From assembly GCA_002633005.1 (NCBI GenBank), contig NMRA01000006.1:1384442-1448441 (forward strand): DNA of 64,000 nucleotides, written 5' to 3'. Positions 51,401 to 62,719 of the stretch are shown here, piece after piece (positions within the stretch are counted from its first letter, which is position 1; each line of letters opens with the position of its first letter). Both the position numbers and the translations under genes were made by a program. The stretch comes from Phoronis australis. Lineage: Eukaryota; Animalia; Phoronida. The notes below the pieces were generated by a model. It saw nothing but the letters and a program-made list of their open reading frames with translations. It did not search any database and had not been told where the DNA came from.

Positions 51401-54400
51401 TGCACGGGTCTGTAAAATGAGAAAGCAAATATCATCTATGAACACAGTCTACGAGGTACCAATAGGACTGGTGCCTTTTAAATTTGATCAGCCCAAAGTG
51501 GTGTTGATTTTCATCAACAGGGCACAAAACATGTGAGCAGGCGTCACCGAACTGTATATTCCACTCAAACAGCCTTTTTGCAAGGTAACAGACTTGCCAN
51601 CCCCCTCCCCCCAGTAAAAATTCAAACAGAACATATCCAACATTTCACAATTTCACATGAATGCGAATTTTACAAATAAATAGCATTGGTGTGGGAGTAT
51701 TTTATACATTTTTAATCTGTTTACATCTCGCATACTGCTACTTTGTAGCTCATTGCTTTTAACACTTCTGTGTCCAAAGTTCCATTAGACCAACAAGAAC
51801 AATAATAAACTTCAAATACCAAAACTATGGGTACTACTTACTTGCCCACCCTTCCTTTTGCGACTAGATCCTTTAAGGTCAGTTTCATCTCATCCATACT
51901 GTGATTCTGCAGCCATTCCTCCGATGTCTGCGCCTCAGCATCGGCCGCGTCCACCCCGCGAGCTCGCTGCAACGTGGATATACTTTCTTTACAACAGCCA
52001 ATAAACAGATGGCGTGGACACGCCTATAGTTTTTCTGAACAAACCTGGTTTATGTGGACACGCCTCTTTTGCAATAGAGGTGTGTTCCATAAGCGCAAGA
52101 AAATGATCGCGCAAGAAAATGATCGTGAGAAAAGCTAGTGTAATCATGCACTTTTATTTGTCGGTATAATGCACGGGGATATCTCGCAAAGACGTGCATG
52201 ATCTTGCATTTTTTGAGTTTTTTACATGTATGGAACATAGCTCGTAGCCCAAATAATAAACCAACGGTGAGGACAAGATTACATTAAGTGTGTATGGCTA
52301 GCCTACTTTATTGCGATACGCTTACTTAGCGTCAACTGGAAATTAAGGCCTACTTTATCAATAGAACAAAAAGTGAGGACAAGTTTAACTCGCGTGGATA
52401 CACCTCACTTCACAATAAGACATAGACAGTCATGACTGAGATGATATATTCCCAGCCAGTGGACAAGGGCCAGATACAAAACTTGAGATAGCTATGATGT
52501 TAACATAACAACACTGCAACACATTGTCCTTCATGTCCATTCACACATGTATGTCTAGTGTGTAACACTTCTATTGTTCATGAGACAATGTGTCCACTGA
52601 ACCAGTATATTTGCTGAACTCAAGACCAGCTGTACCACCTTGTGAATACTTAGGCTTGAAAAGCTTATGTCAGAGATGTTGTTACCCAAACAAAATAAAT
52701 GTAACAACAATAAAACTTGCATTAGTCAGACATGCACAAGTCCAAAGTTCAGTGGTATACAACTGTTCTAGTTCAAGTATAAGTTGAAGAAATCTCTCAG
52801 TCCGAGTGAATCCCATTTATGCGAGTATTTCTGCATACAAAAAATCTTGAGCATATTCTTAATATAACAGAGACAACAAATTCAAACAATGCAGCATGCT
52901 GTGACGACAAGATGTAGTGCGAACAAACTGAAAAATGAAGCAACAAACGTGCAACGGGTAGCTAACAAGAATATTCGAGACAAGCGGTGATTTAGAAAAA
53001 CACATCTAGATAGACACGATAAACCTACCTGACCTGAAAATGGACTAGTCGACTAACGGATTTCTAAGGTGATCATTTATTGAAACTCTATCCTGGAGAA
53101 AGGGACTGACATGGAGAATTTGATGTTCAATACAGAGAATGTTGGAACACAGGGTACAGTACTACTAGGCTGCACAAAATGACTATGAGTGGCCGGTACA
53201 AATTGTAACCTATTACCACTGGCAACTGCACAGTACAATAACGCAGATCCAGTGTGTTTTTGGTTCAATTTATTAGCTTCTGTTTCACATACAATGACAC
53301 GTCATGCACTTACAACTACGGAGCAGCTTCTGAGGAGCATAACATTGCCTGGCTTTTACCTGTATATTCCGCAAACAGCCCACCCCCTAGATATAGACCC
53401 ATGAGGCAATTTTTGAGTCATAATTAAAAGCTTCTAGTTTGAAGGGTTTCCCAAAATGAATACCATCAGTGGTGTCAACAAAAACAAGGCTTTATGAGGC
53501 ACAGAACATAGTTCAGTGTTTTCTATGAAACATTTCAATGGGCCACAACGTGTTTGAAAAAATAGAAACCAACTGGAAAATAAAGCGTCGTCATGGTTGA
53601 CAATGTCTAGTAAGTAAATTAGCCCATTACTGTGTTTAGAGAATGTTGGGTAACAAGACGGTCAGGCAAGTGTTTATTAAAGATAGTACTACTACAAGTA
53701 CAATTTCAAGTACATCTGTTCTACAGAGAACACCAGTCGTTATGCACTTCCAAACTGCTTGCTGGTATTGCATGCTTTCGACACGTTTGGGTTTTCAGTT
53801 GCAAAGAACAATGCAGTCACAAATTTTTCACTTGTCTTCGAATAACCTAGTATGTAAACTAGCGTACTTCAGGTCCTCCCCTGTTTCTGAAAGTACATGT
53901 GCCCGTGTATTTGATGTATTAGAATGCTAAATAATATGCCACTTCCAAATACACACCCTCAGAGGCTTGCCACCAGAAAATACCCATATCCACAAACTGA
54001 ACAAAAACGAACATAAACCCCTGAGTCCAAGACAAGAAAGAGACGGCAGCAAGGACAAGAATAAAGAAAGCAATGTCTCGCGGGGATTTGCTGCAGTAAT
54101 AATACCTCCACGTCGGGTAAGAACACATCATTTAGGAACTCTTGTAAACCCTTGCTCTTTCCTTCCTTCAGTCCGTACTGACAGCGGCAATAACAACAAC
54201 AATGGATGATCATGCGGTTAACACACGCACAACAAACACTATGGACTAGGTATGTTGATTCTTCACTTATTTTGCACAAAAGCAATTGCCAAATTTGTCG
54301 TTTTTCTACTTTTCAAATGAGCTGATTACCTAGTTATAAATATTGTTAACTTAATTACCGAATGTTCTTTTATGACAGTTGAACAGTATGATAGTTATTT

Positions 54401-57400
54401 CTGTGGTGAAATTTGACAAAATAGAAGTCCACTTGTCCGCCATGCGCTGCATAGGTGAAAAATTAACATACAAAATGTTACAGTTATTTTGAGCACTATT
54501 TCGGCAGGTCAAAAAGGACCAACTTCAAAGTAAGATAAAATAAGAATGAAGCACAGTTTATTAAGTCAAAATAAGAGTTAACTTGCCTTATTTCACAACC
54601 CCATTTTTCAGACATGTCATAAAATCAAAATAAAACATTTAACACTTGCCATTGTGAAAAAAGAAATGTCATACTACCAAAACAGTGCTCAATATAGCTT
54701 CAATCCACTAACATACTACAAGTAGCACTACAGCATATTCACAAAGCAACGTATTATAAGAAGTGAATTCTTAATGAATACGGGTTTGTCTTGATAATTG
54801 AGCTAACAAAATTGTTTCTCGAGTGGTAACACAGAAAAGCAAAATTGTTTTCTGGAATGCAAAGAAAACTCAACGCTGGCTTTCAACTGAATTTATACTC
54901 CACTTTGGCTACAGGGAATAAATCTTTTTGTTCAATTTATCTCTTTTTATTCTGCCACTAACATAAGCTTTGTTAAGAAGATTTTGTGTGAGTTTCATGT
55001 CCAATTAGTATCATCCTAATGGTTGGTGCTTATTTTGAGGGGATCTTGTGAGAATTGAGAAATATTTTTGTAAAAACAAGACCTTTAAATATACAAACAA
55101 GGGTGAACAATGTGTAAATGTATTATTCATTCCACGGGATTAGTTTTAACAATTACCCTTGGGTACCATATTTTATTCATAACAAAACTCTAACAACTAG
55201 GCATCAGTTTTATGGTAATGAAGTTTTGGGTTGAAACAACACACGAGGCACTTGAGTTATTAGGATAGCTGTGCAATTATGCAAATTAATGTAACTTATT
55301 AGTTTCACCTACCAATAGGTCTCTGGTTTGATTGACATGTGTCACAGTCAAATCGTGCGGTGCTTTGCTGTGTTTCACCGTCACATCTTGCCAGGCGGGA
55401 CGGTTGGCCATTGTCCTAGCAGCCAACTCCCTTCTGCAATAGAACTCCAAGTGAACAAGGACTCCCTGCTTACCAGAGCAGTAACTTTAGTTCCTCACCT
55501 TGTGACAAACTGAAGAGAGTAGGATGTAAACATTGCATGTCCCATCCTTTTGTCTCTCATTGCTTCCATTTGAAATCGGGACTTGATACGTAAAGAAAAT
55601 ACAGCAAATATGTCATGCATATTTTGTAAGTAATGCTTTTTCCTTTCATTTCCACAAATTTACAAGACAAACAGATACAATTAAGACAATGAGCTCATAG
55701 TATATCTTCCTTGTGACTCTAATTCCGAAAAAGAAATCATTCAAGGCATCTATTTAATAAAGATCAAATTAAAATTCATAAAACCTGTTACAAAAAATGT
55801 CTGTTACTGCGCAATAACAATTAATGTTTTCATTAAAAAATATCAAAGAATGTAATTACTTTTTTCTTCGTTTCTTTTCATATTCGTAGTCTGCCACGGA
55901 GTCGAAGTCCTCAACTCTTAAACCGTTGCCCTCATCCCTGCAAAAAAGCAGTAAAGATGATATCATCACTTTGTTAAAACAGCAATAAACAGCGCATTCC
56001 AAACATTTGATTTAGATGACTTACTACAATAAAAATGGTCTCAACTTGTTCCTTACTCAGATGACAAGCAATTACTTGGCTTGCAAAGAACTGATGTCAT
56101 TATTCCTTGAGACCACGGTCAGTGCATAAAATAACACGCTGGGACAAACAAACTTATAGATCCTGGTCTCAAACAAAAACAAAATATCAGACATTTCTTT
56201 TGAAGCCTTGAAATCACAAATTTGACCAAGAAACCATATGACACCAATTTCACAACAGCAAAAGGTCTAAACCAAAAGTTGTTTTTTGATGAAAGGCTCG
56301 TTGATAACCCCTTTAAATTGTTCAAAAAATCAATAACACTTCTGTTCAGAATAACTCTAATTAATAACAGCTTCAAAGTATAATTTCCATTTTAGAGCTA
56401 CTCAGGTGCTCAATTTATACCTGAAAAGATACGAGTCCACTGTACATGTCAAGCACAAACTCAATACAAATAACAGTTTTTGCAGAAATAACAATTACAG
56501 GCTATGCCATTGGTTTGATACTGAAGGTGATAACCATTAATCATTAAAGTTTGGGTCACCACTTTTACCAGCTCTGATACATTGTTCCAAACCTCTAATG
56601 CAAAACAAATCAAGACTTTTGACACTTGCAATTTAAAAGTTCATTCACCAAACAGAGGAAGGCGGCAGTCATTTTGTCATATATGGGACATATACCCTAC
56701 AGAATATTATGCGCACTTGAGCCGCCAAGCACTAAGAAAATATTGTCAAAGTTTTGACTGACCATTATGATCCCATACCATCAGAAATTGATGAAAGTTT
56801 TTGTTTCTCTCAGAAGGACAAAAACCATCCGAGACTGTCCATGACTATTTTGTCGATTTTCGATCATTGTCGGTACACTGCAACTATGGAGCTACCGTAC
56901 CGCAATCCCAGACCAATTTGTGTTCGGTATAAAAGATGAGGACATGCAAAAAAGTAACTGAAAATGTGCAAACCTGATACTGGAAAGTGCATTAGAAACA
57001 GCACGGATTGTCATGAGTGCAGACAGTGACTCCAACTCGAATGCTCAACAAGGAAATTAGAGTTGGTCCAAAAAGATTCACAGACACAAATGTGATACAA
57101 GCCCCATTAATTAAATTATGTACCATTGAAATCACATACTAGTTACAGCCCATTTCACAACACTTTGCACTTTGTCAATAGATAAGTACTAGTAAAACAG
57201 CCCAATATATAGCACTGATACTGATACTGATCTAAGCTTTTTTGAGTGGAGCAGCTCAAATGCTACTTATGATAAGCACTGACTTCAGAAGCCTTAGATT
57301 ACCAATGGAATTAAGTGATGCTACTTAAAAAAAAATGTTAGAAAGAATTAACAGTAGATCAGGTTGGCATTTGCATTTGAAAGTTGCTCTGAAGATAACC

Positions 57401-58459
57401 TGGAATGCTTGAAAAATGAGCAATTGCTCCCACACCAGAACATTGTTTTCTAAGTGGGAGACAGTTGTACATGCCGGTAGATATTTTTTCTATTTTTTCA
57501 TGTTTAACATTAAGTGAATGTGTTGTGGGTCAATAGTCAATATTGCAAAAACTGAAGACTGTACTAGGCAGCCAGTATTTGTATTACAGACTGGTTTTAT
57601 CAGTTAGCAAACCTGTCAACCCTCGGTAGAATGAAATAAGACACAAAAGATTTTCTTGGTGATTAAAAATGTGTTAATAAGGCAAACTTTGCATATGAGG
57701 GTTTAGAAGACATTTAATTATGAAACAAACACAAGTGTACATCACAGGTAACATATTTTTGCCAATTTTCATGGGTTATTTTTGCCATGCTGTTGGATAG
57801 CCTACCACAGAGTGGGACTGAGAGCGTTTGCTAATCTATGAGTTTTGCAAGCCTGATTTTCTGTTCAATTTTCAGGTGTAATAATGACAAGACATACAGG
57901 CAATACACTTGGTATGGGGGACAGGAACATGCGACTGACTGTGAAATGTTCATTCAAGGGTAATCACAAAATGCTCTCACAAGTGTGGAAAAATCCACAT
58001 GCCGACAGCAGGTATCCAACACAGGCCAACGGTGTTACAGTTTAGCACCCAAATTGTCTGGCCAAGAGGCAATTGCCATGTGGCAAGCAATGTAGAGAGG
58101 CTCCACACGAAGGTAAGCCACAACTAGTCGTAACCAAAAATTCTCAACACCAGCTTGAGGTTAACAGGCAATTGTTGCTGGCAGCCAAATCATGGGACAT
58201 ACTTATTTCAGGTGCCTGGCATTCTAGATTAAATAATAGTCAGATAGCAAGGCCCTGCGAATTCTGTCACCCTTGACTGAAACCGGTCATGTGAGACTTA
58301 GCCTACTGAAAGAAATGAAACATGAACTGAACACATTGATTTCAGAACTTGTTTTTGGATTCCATTTGTCTCTTATCGAAGGCCAGTTTTATTTGTCACA
58401 CCTTACCTTGAAATATCTGATGACATTTCTTCTTCATTCTTGGGCTCTTCTTCCTCCAT
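30463..58459 (-). CDS. VWA3A: von Willebrand factor A domain-containing protein 3A, ~1223 aa
   Basis: Phase-consistent exons 5'->3': 58459-58407, 55937-55860, 55433-55313 (LTVTHVNQTRDLL), [46942-46818, 46376-46293, 45729-45675, 45320-45219, 44708-44602, 44268-44143, 43767-43659; this block duplicated at 48800-51966], 42966-42769, 41928-41686, 41126-40951, 40638-40519, 39825-39751, 39197-39103, 38388-38143, 37810-37692, 37022-36918, 36610-36388, 35783-35686, 35187-35069, 34538-34396, 33712-33568, 33337-33193, 32491-32340, 31862-31736, 30977-30821, 30488-30463 (TGA); 3672 nt. Three vWA domains (IDSSD, VDTS, IDISGSM...LLTDGKPD), each preceded by S(R/K)R.FG. The first two exons are less certain. 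Confidence 0.88.
37297..37430. repeat. 45-bp inverted repeat with 44-nt spacer (MITE-derived); one-armed relative at ~41325-41425
   Basis: TCTGGTCAGCACGCCACCTGTTGGCCACATCACGTGACCTAATGA and its reverse complement (1 mismatch) at 37386-37430. Confidence 0.9.
44298..44355. repeat. 22-bp tandem repeat containing X-box-like GTTACCATGGACAC x3 (x2 at 49431-49466)
   Basis: Direct repeats starting at 44298, 44320 and 44342. Confidence 0.85.
44747..44885. repeat. 45-bp tandem repeat x3 (single unit in copy 2 at ~49856)
   Basis: ACATAGTAGACTAGCACTGCACCTAGTAAAAGCATTTATA units. Confidence 0.85.
47857..48583. mobile_element. MULE-like transposon end unique to copy 1, with internal direct duplication
   Basis: Starts GAGAGCGCTC followed by GACGACGA repeats exactly at the divergence from copy 2; ~47964-48270 is repeated with deletions at ~48410-48583. 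Confidence 0.5.
48585..52887 (-). repeat. VWA3A: Second copy of ~43409-47856 carrying seven VWA3A exons (51966-51842, 51409-51326, 50741-50687, 50344-50243, 49814-49708, 49401-49276, 48908-48800)
   Basis: Starts after N at 48584; identical exon lengths, intact splice sites, only synonymous exon differences; introns more divergent. Confidence 0.9.
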
Positions 58460-58529
58460 TTCACTTCACTAAATTGGTAATACGCTAAATAAATTGATTA
58501 AAAAGACCGACAATACTCCCCAGACATAT

Positions 58530-58620
58530 CAGTTTTGGTTACCATAGCTTACCCGCACAGTCTATAATGCCTCTATTTGATTGGTCACATAATGATACCC
58601 GCCACCTTGTGGTTGAACAC
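58530..58620 (-). promoter_or_regulatory. Probable VWA3A proximal promoter / 5'UTR elements
   Basis: X-box-like GTTACCATAGCTTAC at 58538-58552 and CCAAT box (GATTGG ~58579) within 150 bp of the ATG at 58459. Confidence 0.45.
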
Positions 58621-58858
58621 CTGTTTATTTTCAAAGCAGACAAACCGGAGAGACTGGCCATATTGCGAAGCGGGTCTTTTTGACTGGACAGTCTCCAAAT
58701 AGTGCGTGGTTTCATTAGATTAGTGGATGAAACTCAAAACCATGACAATATAGGCTACAGACTCTGGGCTAAATCAGTGCGGTGTTGCTGAAGCTAGCCA
58801 GTGACAATATAGAGACCCGACTGACGTGGCTATGTGGCCTGATCGGAAACCATCATAG

Positions 58859-59020
58859 CATAGTAGACGGATTTGGGGGGAAGGGGGAGGGGGGGCAGGG
58901 AGCCCGCCCCCCTTGGGTGCCGCAAAAATAAAACAGCAATAGCGTAAGGGATTGACAATTAACCTCGATTAAGAAATGCGTGACGGGGCCGGGGGACTGC
59001 GGCCGAAACCGCTCTTTTTC
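58859..59020. mobile_element. Fragment of the same hAT-like MITE family as 2940-3099
   Basis: CATAG..GACGGATTTGGGGGG...GGCAGGG..CCC...CCTTGG.TGCCGCA resembles the reverse complement of 3040-3099. Confidence 0.55.
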
Positions 59021-61675
59021 ATTAATTTTCGCAGTAGAAGGTTAAGCACTCAAGTCTCGCATTTAACCGTGCTTTGCTCAAATGTCCCAGACAAAATNCC
59101 CCCTTATGGTCATGCTAACTATAGTTCCGTCACTGTACAGTGTCGAAATAGTGCGTGGTATCATATGATCGTCTGATGATGAAAATACATAGACCCTAAA
59201 TATCATCTGATGGAGCCATGACAATATGCAGTGTGAGCGGTTCAATTCCAGCAGGGGCCGGGATGAAACCGTGACGATATACACTAATGTGCATGGTCAT
59301 GTGGAGAATTTCTCGCTCACACTAGTCACGCAGATTCCCTTAGCCGCAGACAACTTTTATGATGCTCATTCAGCACATGACGCCCCGTTTGTATTGTCAG
59401 TAGATGAGCTAAGTGGAAAGGCAATAGCTAGCACCACTTCTCAACAATGATGCTTGTTATTACACCCAAATTGCGTTTCTCTGGCATTTGCACAACTTGA
59501 AGTGACAGCCTGCAACTGCACTTTAACTTGGTACATTTTAAATATTACAAAATGACTAAAAAGTTAATTTGTGTTTATCCTAATCACGGGCAACTTCCCA
59601 AATTAGGAGCGATAGTTAAATGTTTCATACCGGTTTTCATTATTTCATTTTGATACTTTTTTCTTACCGGGAACGGGTTGGTATCTTTTCATTCTTTTTT
59701 TAAACTTGAAGTACCAGAAATAGTAGTTTATCTAATTGTGAACACATCCCTGAACTTTCCAGGTTACAACTACACTAAACATTTCACAGCGAACAAAAGC
59801 ACACGTGTCATTAGTTCAAGTTTAATCTTTATTGGAACTCAAATCATAAAATATATACAAAAGTGCAAATGGTGGTAGCCAAACTGAAGATTTGGAATAC
59901 CTGGAAAATTTCTGTTGCACTAACTACAAAACTATTCTATCTTTTTTGTCAGCCATAAAAATGTAGAGTGGGCACAAGTTAAGTAAAATTGTTTCCTATA
60001 GTCAAAAATCTGGCTAAACGAGATTGAAAGAATATTAAAAGATTGATTGTTAATTCTGATCAACGTTTATAAATCCCCCGATTATATCGATACGCACGGT
60101 CAATGTTTGTAACTTTTAGCTTTCTAGTTCATCTTTTTTTAAAAATCAGCTGAGTACCGCCGTGGTATTTGTTTTTAACGAAAATTATTAATTAATGCAT
60201 TTTGAAAAAGTTCGCCATTATGTACACTGAGGCATTAGGCCTAATGCTTACGACATTTTATCGTCGGGTATAGTTACATTTAATTGGGTCTTGCTCGCGC
60301 AGGACAATGCGGTCAACACAGCCGTATCCGACACCGGCGCCACACTCTCTTTGATCCTGGCAAAAGCCGCTCAGAAGGACGCGTGGTGAAAATTCCCGCA
60401 TATCTTCAGAAATGCGTGACTTCCTTGTAAGCGTACTATTCACGGTATGGTATGGTTGTTATTATGCAACTTCAAACTCAAATTTCTCAAAAATGTGCAA
60501 GTACTTTATATGTGGGAACTTTTTAGATTTTGAAAACACTTTAGTAAATGAGTTAAGAAACACCAAAATAAAATTGCCCCTCTAAAGTACTCACAAAAAC
60601 CATTTTCTAGAAGCCCTACAAATTCTGGCCCACCGCCTATTAGGTGATGAAACCATGATAACATAGAGACTTTCGTTCTTGGCTTCATTAGCTGATGAAA
60701 CTATGACAATACGTGTAGTGGACCCTGTTAACTTGTCGCTGTATTCAGCCAAATATCTACAAAACTTAAGTGAAGATTTTTAAGTATAAAAGAAAATGTT
60801 AATAGAAAGCCCTTAGAATTTGATTCTTGACTTTATACCAATCTGCTATAATTTGAATGACGTGACCATATGTCTTCTTTAGCCAAATTAAGCAAAATAA
60901 GAAAGGTACACCCCGCCATAGCGATATCAATTACATGATCAATCAGTGGTTCGGTATACAGGGTTCACCAACAACGCTATCTTAGTTTTCTAAATTATCA
61001 TTTCGTTTTTGTTTTATGCAGCTTTTTTCCATGAAAATCACGTCAAGCCCTATATTTATAGACCCTAGTGCAAAAGTGAAACTTTTAAAAACAATTCCAA
61101 ACAACTTTTTGGGCAATAGTGCATAAATCATGTTATCTGAAAATTTCTTAAGAAATCGATCACCCATTTCTGAGAAATCTGCTCCGAAGTTTACCAAATT
61201 TGGCCATTCGAGAGTCCCACAAAGCATTTGAATTCTTTTCAGTCGCGCAATGCGCCATATGCAAACGTCATTATGTTCTCTATGGTGAGTGTGGTCGAAG
61301 TCCAGAAATCACTTTCAATCAGAGTAAGCAATAGCGGAGTTGCAACCGAATCGATTTAACGATTGCGCATGTCCGGAAATTAGGGTGCGCAAAGGCTACT
61401 GGGATTGTTGATGGTAAACGGGATGGCCGACTGGTTTGCACGACGTGTAATTTGTGTGCATTAAACTACGCTGCTGTATGTAATTCTGCCGCTATTCGCC
61501 CTAATTAGCGCCCATGGCTCAACAAGTGCCCCAACGCGTTTTCAGACTTTGCTAAAGTAAGCGCCCAGCCCATGAACTACATGCGAAAAATGCCCTTACC
61601 TACAGTTCTAACGTCTCCAATTTATCAATTGAAAGATCCGACAGCCTGAATTTGTAACGGACCACGAGCCTCACC

Positions 61676-62090
61676 NNNNNNNNNNNNNNNNNNNNNNNNN
61701 NNNNNNNNNNNNNNNNNNNNNNNNNNNNNNNNNNNNNNNNNNNNNNNNNNNNNNNNNNNNNNNNNNNNNNNNNNNNNNNNNNNNNNNNNNNNNNNNNNNN
61801 NNNNNNNNNNNNNNNNNNNNNNNNNNNNNNNNNNNNNNNNNNNNNNNNNNNNNNNNNNNNNNNNNNNNNNNNNNNNNNNNNNNNNNNNNNNNNNNNNNNN
61901 NNNNNNNNNNNNNNNNNNNNNNNNNNNNNNNNNNNNNNNNNNNNNNNNNNNNNNNNNNNNNNNNNNNNNNNNNNNNNNNNNNNNNNNNNNNNNNNNNNNN
62001 NNNNNNNNNNNNNNNNNNNNNNNNNNNNNNNNNNNNNNNNNNNNNNNNNNNNNNNNNNNNNNNNNNNNNNNNNNNNNNNNNNNNNNNNNN
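61676..62090. other. Assembly gap (N run)
   Basis: Run of about 415 Ns. Confidence 1.
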
Positions 62091-62385
62091 TTTTTTTTCA
62101 CTACCAACCGCCGTGGAGTATTTGTTACTGTTTCTTTGAAGGGAGATATTGTTGGGCAGTTTCTAAGATACGTTTTCTTGCCGCCCTCAAAATGAGCGCT
62201 GCACACTTTATGCTACGAAGTCGGAAAGAATTCACGAAGTCGGCCTTTGCTACCAGCTCTACCGATGTCTCTGACCCATGTTTAACGCAGTTCTTGATCC
62301 TTGGGAAACAGGTAGTAACTAAATTTTTTATTTCGCTAACTGGTATTATAGCATGCCAGGCACACAACACGTAAACCTCCCTGTG
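62091..62385 (-). pseudogene. THAP zinc-finger domain pseudogene, transposon-associated (Harbinger/P-like)
   Basis: GGFTCCVPG/CYNTS*RNKKFSYYLFPKDQELR*TWVRDIGR...PTS*HKVCSAHFEGGKKTYLRNCPTISP: C2CH THAP signature with 3 stops and 1 frameshift. Confidence 0.85.
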
Positions 62386-62719
62386 GCCGGTTCGCCCCCA
62401 CGCTTGCCGACGTACTTGTTTACCGGCTTAACCACAATGCAACATTCTGACCCATTTCCAATATGGCGGCGTTGCAACTCCGCTATTGAGACCGTTGGTC
62501 TGTTTCATGAGAGTGACTTAAGACTTAACACACAGATTTGGTCTTTGGTTCCCACTTAACAGTTGCTGAGTAAAGGATTATGTCTCAAGTCACGAAACAG
62601 ACCTCACTTATCTTCAAACTGGTCTAAACCAAACGTTAATATTTTAACTGAACGAACAGTGTACGTAGCACTCTCGAATGCTTATCAACCTACCTTGAGC
62701 CGTAAGAGAAATTTGATTT

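Noticed and set aside
53034-53063. 30-nt micro-exon KSVSRLVHFQ in VWA3A
   Set aside because: The flanking exons join without a gap relative to the expected VWA3A spacing; weak splice sites; no independent support.
53632-54285. Overlapping short ORFs as a nested gene in a VWA3A intron
   Set aside because: No recognisable motifs or splice structure.
55474-55509. 36-nt candidate exon with good splice signals
   Set aside because: It would leave a 40-nt intron, and joining to 55433 creates TG+A stop; direct 55860-55433 splicing is in phase.
59173-59270. CTGATGA...GAAA as a hammerhead ribozyme
   Set aside because: No flanking stems could be paired; explained by the local GATGAAAC repeat.
61625-62206. 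193-aa ORF
   Set aside because: Mostly X from the N gap; only the THAP tail is real.
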